DNA of 64,000 nucleotides, taken from the NCBI GenBank assembly GCA_041183125.1, contig JBEGMH010000344.1, positions 3,522 through 67,521 on the forward strand. The letters run 5' to 3'. Position 1 is the stretch's first letter. Each line of letters opens with the position of its first letter. The position numbers and the translations under genes are program-made. The DNA comes from Bacteroidota bacterium (GTDB taxonomy: Bacteria; Bacteroidota; Bacteroidia; Chitinophagales; Saprospiraceae). Shown piece by piece: positions 54,629 to 62,907 of this stretch. The notes beneath the pieces are model-generated. The model was given only the letters and a program-made list of their open reading frames with translations, made no database searches and was not told the DNA's origin.

Positions 54629-55108
54629 ATGAAGCAATTCATCCTCCTGGCGTCTCTTGGCCTTTCTTTTATAGCCCTCTCCTGCAACAACGACAAAGGG
54701 ATACGCGAAGAAGCAGAGCGCTCTCTCGGTCAGCCCGGCGTCCAGGCACCGTCGCCCGCTACGCCCGCTACGCCAAATCCAGCTACGGCTACAGCTGCTG
54801 CCCCCGGCGGTGTCGCCCACTACATCTGCCCCAACAACTGTGCCGGAAGCGGCGGGGATGCGACGGGTACTTGCCCGACCTGTGGAACGACCTACATCCA
54901 CAACCAGGCATACCACGACCAGGCCAGCCCTCAAATCAGCACCCAAGTACCTCCCACCCCGGCACCACAAACCACCGATCCGCCCCAGAATGCGGCCGGG
55001 GTTTGGCACTACACGTGCAGCAAAGGCTGTGCAGGCGGTGCAGGGACGGCCGTAGCTTGTGCTTCCTGCGGCCAGATGCTGGCGCACAACGCTGCCTACC
55101 ATAATTAG
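54629..55108 (+). CDS. hypothetical lipoprotein with two tandem Cys4/His3 motifs
   Basis: The ORF-track entry is 54602-55108. The Met at 54629 gives a lipoprotein signal (MKQFILLASLGLSFIALSCNND). There are two repeats, HYICPNNCAGSGGDATGTCPTCGTTYIHNQAYH and HYTCSKGCAGGAGTAVACASCGQMLAHNAAYH, separated by Pro/Ala/Thr linkers. Confidence 0.6.
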   Translation: MKQFILLASLGLSFIALSCNNDKGIREEAERSLGQPGVQAPSPATPATPNPATATAAAPGGVAHYICPNNCAGSGGDATGTCPTCGTTYIHNQAYHDQASPQISTQVPPTPAPQTTDPPQNAAGVWHYTCSKGCAGGAGTAVACASCGQMLAHNAAYHN

Positions 55109-55208
55109 ACTAGCCGGGAGGGGCTCCTCGGGGACTCAGCGGGGTGAGACGGGCTCAAAAGACCTTTTTCGCCTCACTCCGCTGGCCTCCCGCCCGCGTC
55201 CACTAGCT
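55106..55208. repeat. palindromic intergenic repeat, copy F (longer variant)
   Basis: Sequence: TAGACTAGCCGGGAGGGGCTCCTCGGGGACTCAGCGGGGTGAGACGGGCTCAAAAGACCTTTTTCGCCTCACTCCGCTGGCCTCCCGCCCGCGTCCACTAGC. It shares TCAGCGRGGTG and AAAAGRCCTTTTT with copy C. Its first three bases are the TAG stop of the lipoprotein gene. Confidence 0.6.
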
Positions 55209-55231
55209 TCCTTTTTTTGGTTATAGATACT

Positions 55232-57424
55232 ATGAAACACTCTTTTTTTATCCTTTTGTCGTTGCTCTTTTGCAATAGCCTGCTGTTCTCCCAAAAGAAA
55301 AACGCGTCTTTCGAATACCCTATCCACCGCGCTGCCCACCCGATACACATTGACGGGTCGGGCGCTGATTCCGCCTGGTCAAAGGCAGCCATAGCCAGCG
55401 ATTTTTACATGGTCCTGCCGATGGATACCAGCAAAGCCCAGGTGCGCACCGAGGTGCGTATGCTCTACGACGACCTGAACCTGTACCTGTTGGCTGTGTG
55501 CTATGAAAAAGTCCCCGGCCCCTACATGGTCGAATCCCTGCGAAGGGATTTCAACTTCGGGAAAAACGACAACTTCCTGCTGTTTCTGGACCCCTTCGAC
55601 GACCAGACCAACGGTTTTACCTTCGGCTCCAACGCGGAAGGGGCACAATGGGACGGACTCCTCTTCGACGGGGGCAGCGCCAACCTGGGTTGGGACAATA
55701 AGTGGGTCTCCGAAGTGCATGCCGAAGACGATAAGTGGACCTTTGAAATGGCTGTGCCCTTCAAAACGCTGCGCTACAAAAGCGGAATAACGCGCTGGGG
55801 CGTCAATTTCAGCCGCCTGGATTTGAAAACCACGGAAAAATCGAGCTGGACACCGGTGCCCCGGCAATTCCCCACGGCATCCTTAGCCTATACCGGCGTA
55901 TTGGTCTGGGATGAACCGCCCCCGCCTCCCGGGCTGAACTTCGCAGTCATCCCCTATCTTTTGGGAAATACCTCCAAAGATTATGTCTCCGGCAAAGAGG
56001 GAAAAACTGGGTTCGACGCCGGCCTGGATGCAAAAATCAGCATCACCTCCGCGCTCAACCTCGACCTCGCCGTGAACCCCGATTTCTCCCAGGTAGAAGT
56101 AGACCGGCAGCAGATCAACCTGGACCGTTTTGAGCTGTTCTTCCCTGAGCGCCGACAGTTTTTTCTGGAAAACGGGGATCTGTTCAACAACTTTGGCTAC
56201 GCATCTATCCGGCCTTTTTTCTCCCGACGCATCGGCCTCAATACCAATATCCAGTATGGCGCACGCCTCAGCGGCAAACTCGACAAAAACTGGCGTATCG
56301 GGCTCATGGACATGCAGACGAGCGCCAACGACCAGGGCATACCCGCACAAAACTTTGCCGTGTTCGCCCTGCAACGGCAACTGTTTGCCCGTTCTAATAT
56401 CACGGCCCTGGCCATCAACAAAGAGACCTTCGATTTTGAAAGCATCAGCGACCCTTCCCGGGTCAGCCGCTATAACCGAAATGTAGGTTTTGAGTACAAC
56501 CTGCTGTCTTCCAATAATTTTTGGAGAGGTAAACTGCTCTACCTAAAGTCGTTTTCCCCGAATTTAAGCGGAAAAGACCAAATCTTAGCCGGAAACATCC
56601 AGTTCAACAACCGGAAATGGACCTATGGCCTCCAGTACGAACAGGTGGGCAAAAACTACCGTGCCGATGTGGGCTATGTGCCCCGGACGGGCTACCAGTA
56701 CCTCAACGCCCAGGTGGGCCGCTTGTTTTTCACCCAATCCGGTCCCCTGCTGAGCCATGGCCCGCTCCTAATGTCCAACAGCTATTTGGATCCCGCAGGG
56801 CGGCAAACGGAATATACCCACGTCTTCATCTATCGCCTCAGTTATAAGAACCGCAGCGAACTGATGCTCTGGACCGCCCGTGATTACGTGCGTTTGTTGA
56901 GTGCTTTTGACCCTACCAACTTTTCCGGGCACCAATTAGCCTCCGGTACAACCCACCACTGGGGCTCGTTTGGTGGGGACTTCACTTCCAAGCCCCAGAG
57001 CCTGTTCACCTGGTCGGCGAGCTGGCGCTACGGCGGGTACTATGCCCGGGGCAAACGGCTGCGCCTGGGGGGCGACCTGGGCTATCGCTTGCAACCCCAC
57101 GCCGCCATCACTATGAGCGTAAACTATAACTATTTATCCTTTGATGAAGAGCCTGTATTGCCCCTGGCGTTGAAAAACAGCAAGTGGAATTTTTGGCTGT
57201 TGGGCCCCCGTATTGACCTCACCCTGACCAACAAGCTGTTTTTCACCAACTTCGTCCAGTTCAACAACCAGAATAAGAATGTGAACCTGAACCTCCGCGT
57301 ACAATGGCGCTATAGTCCGGCTTCGGATTTCTTTATCGTCTATACAGATAATTACGCCTCTGAAAACCTGCAAATCCGAAACCGGGCATTGGTGGCCAAA
57401 TGGACGTTTTGGTGGAATGGGTAG
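55232..57424 (+). CDS. CBM9-like / DUF5916 domain-containing secreted protein
   Basis: The ORF-track entry is 55217-57424. I place the start at the Met at 55232 (MKHSFFILLSLLFCNSLLFSQ). It has an N-terminal CBM9-like segment (HIDGSGADSAWSKAAIASDF). The long beta-rich remainder is typical of DUF5916 proteins. Confidence 0.7.
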   Translation: MKHSFFILLSLLFCNSLLFSQKKNASFEYPIHRAAHPIHIDGSGADSAWSKAAIASDFYMVLPMDTSKAQVRTEVRMLYDDLNLYLLAVCYEKVPGPYMVESLRRDFNFGKNDNFLLFLDPFDDQTNGFTFGSNAEGAQWDGLLFDGGSANLGWDNKWVSEVHAEDDKWTFEMAVPFKTLRYKSGITRWGVNFSRLDLKTTEKSSWTPVPRQFPTASLAYTGVLVWDEPPPPPGLNFAVIPYLLGNTSKDYVSGKEGKTGFDAGLDAKISITSALNLDLAVNPDFSQVEVDRQQINLDRFELFFPERRQFFLENGDLFNNFGYASIRPFFSRRIGLNTNIQYGARLSGKLDKNWRIGLMDMQTSANDQGIPAQNFAVFALQRQLFARSNITALAINKETFDFESISDPSRVSRYNRNVGFEYNLLSSNNFWRGKLLYLKSFSPNLSGKDQILAGNIQFNNRKWTYGLQYEQVGKNYRADVGYVPRTGYQYLNAQVGRLFFTQSGPLLSHGPLLMSNSYLDPAGRQTEYTHVFIYRLSYKNRSELMLWTARDYVRLLSAFDPTNFSGHQLASGTTHHWGSFGGDFTSKPQSLFTWSASWRYGGYYARGKRLRLGGDLGYRLQPHAAITMSVNYNYLSFDEEPVLPLALKNSKWNFWLLGPRIDLTLTNKLFFTNFVQFNNQNKNVNLNLRVQWRYSPASDFFIVYTDNYASENLQIRNRALVAKWTFWWNG

Positions 57425-57429
57425 CAGCC

Positions 57430-58536
57430 CTACCGCTGGTGTTTGGCCAAAAAACGCAGCGGGGCAGCTACGCTTTGGGTTCGCAACCACCTGTAATACA
57501 AGGCTTCCTCAGAACCTTCCGGAAAATGGGCTGCCAGGAGGTTAAAAATCCAGCGGGCAGGTTTGGAATTGGCTTCGAGCATAATAGGCCCCTGGTCACG
57601 GGTGAGCAGGATATCAAGGCCCAGTTCCGCGAAAGGGCCAAAATCAGCTGCCAGAGCCCGCGCACAATCCAGCGATAGGGCTTCGATGCGGTGTGCCCAG
57701 GCCTCGTGCCCAGAACCCGCCGCGGCGAATACAGAATCCAGTGCTTGCAAAGGCAGCGCCTCCCCCCCGGCATGCAGATTGGACACCGGGCTTCCGGGAG
57801 CGCCAACCCGAACCCCCATCCCGCTTACCTGATGTGGGCCTTCTCCTGTTTGCTGTACCAGTACGCGCACATCATAGGCGCGGTTCTCAAAGGGGATCAA
57901 CGCTGCCCCCGGCTGCAGAAGGTACTGGACAGGTGGGAAATGGCTTTGCAAAAAAGAAAAGAGCTCCCGGGGGGCAAGGATACGCACTTTACCCTCTGCT
58001 TTCACGACCACGCCATTTTCCTGCCATTCTGCGATGGCAATACCTTTTCCCCTGGATCCCGTAACGGGTTTCACATAGAGACAGCCCGACGCCTCGAGAA
58101 GCGCTATGCACTGCTGTTCGTCCATCTCCGAGTATAAAAAGGCCGGGAGGGAAGGGATGGAGTGCCGGGCCAGGAAAGCGTGGAACGCCCACTTGTCGTT
58201 GGTCAGCTCCATCAACGGGACGGGATTGGCGAAACAGGTGCCACACTCCGCCAAATACGTCCTGAATTGCTCGTAAAACGAGCGCTCAGAGGGGATTTCC
58301 GTAAAATAGCGGTCATAGACCCGTGTGGGCAAAGGGTTTTCTTTGGGCACCCAATTGCCCTTTTGGCATTCCCATCCGGATAAAACCGGGCGGATGCCTG
58401 GCTGGGGGCCAAAAAAGAACAGCTCGACGCCCATGCGGTTTGCCTCTTCCCACAACTCCATGAAGAAAAGCAGTTGCTTACCGGAAGGCGGGGAGCTAAG
58501 TCCGGTTTGGGTCAACACCCCTATTGTGTTCGTCAT
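57430..58536 (-). CDS. YheC/YheD-family ATP-grasp protein
   Basis: 368-aa ORF with ATP-grasp elements: NDKWAFHAFL, LYVKPVTGSRGKGI, YDVRVLVQ, VRVGAPGSPVSNLHAGGEA and MLEANSKP. Its ATG overlaps the upstream stop (ATGA at 58533-58536). Confidence 0.75.
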   Translation of the reverse strand: MTNTIGVLTQTGLSSPPSGKQLLFFMELWEEANRMGVELFFFGPQPGIRPVLSGWECQKGNWVPKENPLPTRVYDRYFTEIPSERSFYEQFRTYLAECGTCFANPVPLMELTNDKWAFHAFLARHSIPSLPAFLYSEMDEQQCIALLEASGCLYVKPVTGSRGKGIAIAEWQENGVVVKAEGKVRILAPRELFSFLQSHFPPVQYLLQPGAALIPFENRAYDVRVLVQQTGEGPHQVSGMGVRVGAPGSPVSNLHAGGEALPLQALDSVFAAAGSGHEAWAHRIEALSLDCARALAADFGPFAELGLDILLTRDQGPIMLEANSKPARWIFNLLAAHFPEGSEEALYYRWLRTQSVAAPLRFLAKHQR

Positions 58537-60527
58537 AACGCCCCGTTTGCCTGCATGGATTTCCGGTAGTCCACAAAAAAGTACAAGCTGTCGGGGTTGC
58601 GCATGGAGTCTATGTTGGCGGCACTCTCAGGTGCTTTGCCCATCAGTATTTTCTTTACCGGCATTTCCATTTTTTTCCCGCTGATGGTGTAGGGCAGTTC
58701 CGGCACGGCAACGATGGCATCCGGTACGTGTCGGGGGGAGTGCTCCGTGCGCAGGGCGCGCACTATCGTTTGCCGGAGCCGCTCGTCGAGCGATACTCCT
58801 GGGCAGAGTACAATGAAAAGCGGCATAAAAAAGCGCCCCTGTGGCAACTCGAGGTTGACCACGAGGCTATCTGAGATGTCGGGAATCCGGTCCAGGGTGC
58901 GGTAGATTTCCGCGGTTCCTATTCTGACCCCCTGGCGGTTCAGGGTAGCGTCCGAACGTCCGTAGATGACCAAGGTGCCACGAGGCGTAATGCGCACCCA
59001 GTCCCCGTGCCGCCAAACGCCCGGGTACATATCAAAGTAGCTTTCGCGATAACGGCTGCCATCGGAGTCATTCCAAAAGCCGGTTGGCATGGAGGGCATG
59101 GGCTGCAACACCACCATTTCCCCCACTTCATCCTCTAAAGGGTTTCCATGCTCATCAAAAGCATCGAGGGCGCAGCCGAGGGCACGGCACTGGATTTCGC
59201 CCCGGTACACCGGCAACAGGGGGCAACCGCCCACAAACGCGGTACAAACATCTGTTCCTCCGCTCATCGAGCACAACCAGACCTCTCTCCCGATGGCTTT
59301 CTGTACGTAATCGAATGCTTCTGGAGGAAGCGGGGAACCGGTGGAACCAACCGAGCGGATTGAACTGAGATCAAAGCGTTTGCAGGGCTCCAGGCCCATC
59401 TTCATGCCCGCGACCAGAAAGGAAGCGCTCGTGCCGAAATGGTGTATGCCCGCGCTGTCGGCCAATTCCCACAATACGCTGAGGTCCGGCCAGGAAGGGC
59501 TTCCGTCGTACAACACCAGCGTCGCTCCAAGTAACAGGGAAGACTGGGCAAAGTTCCACATCATCCAGCTGGTCGTGGAGTACCAGAAAAAGCGTTCGCC
59601 TGCCCGCACATTGTTGTGGAAGGCCAGGTATTTCAAATGTTCCAGCAAGATCCCGCCCTGGCCATGTACCATCGCCTTCGGTGGCCCGGTCGTGCCGGAA
59701 GAATACAGCACCAGCAACGGATGGTCGAACGGCAAACGCTGGAAGTTCAGTACCGCAAGCGGGTCGGAACTGGCTTTTTCCCAAAGGACCTGCGGAATCC
59801 CTGTAACGACGGCTGCCCGTTTGTCGAGGTTGGGCACCAGGACGAGGTGTTCCAGAGAGCTCAGCGATGCGCAAAGCTCCTGTACTACGTCGAGGCGATG
59901 GAAGGGTTTTCCACCATAGGTATAGCCGTCCACGGCGATCAAAATGCGCGGGGCAATCTGTTGAAAACGGTCCATTACGCTGTTGGCCCCAAAATCCGGC
60001 GAACAGCACGACCATACCGCACCGATCGAACTACACGCCAAAAACGCGATCGTCGCCTCCGGTATGGCGGGAAGGTAGCCCCCTACCCGATCGCCCGGTC
60101 CAACCCCCTGCTGCTTGAGCCATGCCGCAAAAGCAGCTGTTTTTTGCCGCAGCTCCTCCCAGGAAAACACCCTGATCTCCCCGGACCGCTCGGAGCGGAA
60201 CAAAAGCGCCGGGCGCTGCGGGGAAGCAGCGCGAAAGACGTGTTCGGCGTAGTTCAGCGAAGTGCCCGGAAACCATTTTGCACCGGGCATCGTCCGGGAG
60301 GCAAGTACCGCCTCGTACTGCCCATCAGCTAAAATGCCAAAATACTCCCACAGGCTTCCCCAGAAGGCTTCGATATCGCGGACCGACCAGCGCCAGAGCG
60401 CTTCGTAATCCTCGAATTCCAAGTCCCGGTGTTGCTTGAGCCAAGTGAGGTAATCGTTGATGGGAGCACCTGTGAGGAAGGCCTCGGAGGGCGTCCAGTA
60501 GGGAACGGGCTGCAAATCATGCTTCAT
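58533..60527 (-). CDS. acetoacetate-CoA ligase (acetoacetyl-CoA synthetase family)
   Basis: The ORF-track entry is 58533-60671. I place the start at the Met at 60527 (MKHDLQPVPYWTPSE). It has the AMP-binding motif LYSSGTTGPPKAMVH and an AACS-like N-terminal region (WRWSVRDIEAFWGSLWEYF). Confidence 0.9.
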   Translation of the reverse strand: MKHDLQPVPYWTPSEAFLTGAPINDYLTWLKQHRDLEFEDYEALWRWSVRDIEAFWGSLWEYFGILADGQYEAVLASRTMPGAKWFPGTSLNYAEHVFRAASPQRPALLFRSERSGEIRVFSWEELRQKTAAFAAWLKQQGVGPGDRVGGYLPAIPEATIAFLACSSIGAVWSCCSPDFGANSVMDRFQQIAPRILIAVDGYTYGGKPFHRLDVVQELCASLSSLEHLVLVPNLDKRAAVVTGIPQVLWEKASSDPLAVLNFQRLPFDHPLLVLYSSGTTGPPKAMVHGQGGILLEHLKYLAFHNNVRAGERFFWYSTTSWMMWNFAQSSLLLGATLVLYDGSPSWPDLSVLWELADSAGIHHFGTSASFLVAGMKMGLEPCKRFDLSSIRSVGSTGSPLPPEAFDYVQKAIGREVWLCSMSGGTDVCTAFVGGCPLLPVYRGEIQCRALGCALDAFDEHGNPLEDEVGEMVVLQPMPSMPTGFWNDSDGSRYRESYFDMYPGVWRHGDWVRITPRGTLVIYGRSDATLNRQGVRIGTAEIYRTLDRIPDISDSLVVNLELPQGRFFMPLFIVLCPGVSLDERLRQTIVRALRTEHSPRHVPDAIVAVPELPYTISGKKMEMPVKKILMGKAPESAANIDSMRNPDSLYFFVDYRKSMQANGAL

Positions 60528-60544
60528 AGTGCCAAATATTGGGT

Positions 60545-60612
60545 TAGACGGGTGACGAGGGGTTAGCCAAATGAGAAAAAATAAGCGTATAAAATTACCT
60601 TTTTTTGTAACA
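60545..60612. repeat. palindromic intergenic repeat, copy M (right half degenerate)
   Basis: In TAGACGGGTGACGAGGGGTTAGCCAAATGAGAAAAAATAAGCGTATAAAATTACCTTTTTTTG, the left 19 nt nearly match copy J (AGACGGGTGRCGAGG). It lies in the 106-bp divergent control region. Confidence 0.45.
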
Positions 60613-60633
60613 TTGCAAGAAAGCAAAGCAAAT

Positions 60634-62904
60634 ATGCCCGTACCTGTTCGGCTAATCGGGGCCTTCGCCACGGTCGCAATCTGCGCCTTTCTCCTTTTCC
60701 TGCGCTTTGGGGATTACCTCCGCTTTGAAAAGGGGATGGTTATAGAACCGTACGGGGACGGCCTGAAAGCGTACATGTCGCCTGCCTATCACGCTCTATA
60801 CGACAGTACCTGGACGCTTTTTCAGGGCATGCACTATCCCTACGGCGACCACCTGGTGATGTCGGACCCCATGCCTATCGTGGCCAATGGGTTAAAGCTG
60901 TTCCACAGCCCTGGCAGCGATTTGATAGACGAGACCATCCGCTGGACGCACTTGTCCATGTTGTTGTCTATTCTGGTCTCGGCCCTGTTTCTATACCTCA
61001 TCCTGGAGCGGCTACAGCTTCCGGTTTGGCTGGCCTGTACTGCTGCGCTGGCCTTGAGCTTTATGGCCCCTATGGTCGCCCGGATGGGCTTCCATTTCGG
61101 GCTTGCCCAACCCGCAGCCCTGCCCATGGCCTTCTATTTCCTGATGCGCTTTCAGGAGAGCCCAAGGTGGGGGTACAGCGCCCTGTTAGCTTTCACTATT
61201 TTATTCTTTTCTTTGTTTCATTTTCATTATTTTGGATTGTTTGTATTGGGTATTTCATTATATTATTTTATAGATTTTATGCTTATCCGGCGGGGTCGGC
61301 ATTGGGCGCGCATGTTGCCGCACTATGCGCTGCAGGTGTTGGTCCCCTTTGTACTGCTCAACACCTGGCTGGGCAGCGGGCCTGAGGTTTCCGACCGCGC
61401 CTCACAGCCTTGGGGTTTCTCGTTTTACCGGGCGCGGTTAGAGGGGCTGTTCACCTCTGCCGAGCAGCGGCAGTGGCAATGGGTGGACCGCTGGGTCTCC
61501 CCACTTCCCGACCTGGACATTGAAGCGCAGAATTACATCGGTCTCTTTGCCGGGTTTGGCCTCTTTTTATTGCTGGCCATACAGCTCCGCGCCGGGTTCC
61601 GCAGGCCGCTCTTGCCAGATGCTGTGCCCCAACGGGCCTTTCTGGTCCGACTGTTGCCGGCATCGCTGCTCCTTTTGTTGTTTGCCTTGGGGCTGCCGTT
61701 CGCCCTGCCGGGTGTTGAGCCTTTACTCCGTTTTACGGGCCCTCTTCAGCAATTCCGGGCCCTGGGGCGCTTTTCGTGGATGTTTTATTTCGCTGCGAAT
61801 ATCTTCGTGTTAGCCTGGGCCAGCCACCTGCTCCGGAGGGCAAAGTGGGCCCTGGGAGCGATCGCCGCCCTGCTCTGCGTCGAGTCGTACCAGTACATCA
61901 TGGCCCGCAACCTGGCATTAGACCCCGTACCCAGTCTGCAGGCTAACGCGTCGCTCGCCCAGCAGGCACTGATTGCCCCAGGCGATTACCAGGCCATCAC
62001 CACAGTGCCCTTTTTCCATCTCGGTTCGGAAAGTTTCTGGTGGGAACCCACCCATTTGCAGCAAGAGGCGATGGTATTGGCGCTGCGGACAGGCCTGCCG
62101 CTGTGCAACGCCATGTTGTCGCGTACTTCCAGAAGCCAGACGATCAAGCAACTACAGCTCATGAGCGAGCCATACCGCCCGCCTGTGCTTTTGAAGGACC
62201 TCCCCGACCAGCGTCCTTTGCTGTTGTTGTACGACAAACGCGGAGCGGCTGCCCAATCGCCCAAATGGGACCATTTTCGCAGTGCCCTGGACACGATGAG
62301 CATAGAACTGCTCTTTACCACCAACGATTTCAACCTCTACAAACTCCCCCTCAGCTTTTTTGAAAAAAACCTGGGCAAACGGGAGCAGGAGATGGCCACG
62401 CTGACCGATACCCTGGCTGAACCCGACCCGCTGCGCTTCGTACGGCGCAGCTTTGACAGGTTAAAAAGTGGGAAAACATACCAGGGGGGCGGTGCCTTAC
62501 AATCCTCCGCACATAAAGCGGAGACGCTTTACGATGGGCCCCTGCCTCTGGCGGGGCCGGAGGGGCGCTATGCGATGTCGTTCTGGGCTTTTGTGGATGA
62601 GGACCTGCGTTCCCGCAGCGAGGTGCACGTGCGCGTTTACCATCCCCAAACAGGGGAAACCGCCTTTGAAATACGAGAAGGCGTGCATCGCTGGTCCACC
62701 GTTTTTGACCCGAAAGGGTGGGCTTTGGTCGAATATGAGCTACAAGCCGCCGCGGGGATGTACCTGCACGTCAGCGTACAGAACAAAATGTTGGGCAGAG
62801 CCCCCTTGTATTTCGACGAATGGCTGTTGCGCCCGGCTAATTATGCGGTAAAATCATCCGGAGGGCATTTCTTTTCCTATAATAATCGCTTTTATAAAAG
62901 ATAG
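60634..62904 (+). CDS. large polytopic membrane protein with C-terminal soluble domain (GT-C-like?, hypothetical)
   Basis: The ORF-track entry is 60571-62904. I place the start at the Met at 60634 (MPVPVRLIGAFATVAICAFLLFL). By eye there are about 10 hydrophobic segments in the first 450 aa or so, followed by a hydrophilic C-terminal domain of about 300 aa. I recognise no signature motif. Confidence 0.6.
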   Translation: MPVPVRLIGAFATVAICAFLLFLRFGDYLRFEKGMVIEPYGDGLKAYMSPAYHALYDSTWTLFQGMHYPYGDHLVMSDPMPIVANGLKLFHSPGSDLIDETIRWTHLSMLLSILVSALFLYLILERLQLPVWLACTAALALSFMAPMVARMGFHFGLAQPAALPMAFYFLMRFQESPRWGYSALLAFTILFFSLFHFHYFGLFVLGISLYYFIDFMLIRRGRHWARMLPHYALQVLVPFVLLNTWLGSGPEVSDRASQPWGFSFYRARLEGLFTSAEQRQWQWVDRWVSPLPDLDIEAQNYIGLFAGFGLFLLLAIQLRAGFRRPLLPDAVPQRAFLVRLLPASLLLLLFALGLPFALPGVEPLLRFTGPLQQFRALGRFSWMFYFAANIFVLAWASHLLRRAKWALGAIAALLCVESYQYIMARNLALDPVPSLQANASLAQQALIAPGDYQAITTVPFFHLGSESFWWEPTHLQQEAMVLALRTGLPLCNAMLSRTSRSQTIKQLQLMSEPYRPPVLLKDLPDQRPLLLLYDKRGAAAQSPKWDHFRSALDTMSIELLFTTNDFNLYKLPLSFFEKNLGKREQEMATLTDTLAEPDPLRFVRRSFDRLKSGKTYQGGGALQSSAHKAETLYDGPLPLAGPEGRYAMSFWAFVDEDLRSRSEVHVRVYHPQTGETAFEIREGVHRWSTVFDPKGWALVEYELQAAAGMYLHVSVQNKMLGRAPLYFDEWLLRPANYAVKSSGGHFFSYNNRFYKR

Positions 62905-62907
62905 ACG

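Noticed and set aside
54455-55102. 215-aa minus-strand ORF overlapping the Cys/His-repeat lipoprotein gene
   Set aside because: It is a Gly/Arg/Val-rich antisense product. The + frame has a textbook lipoprotein signal, an exact TAnnTTTG box upstream and an internally duplicated Cys/His module.
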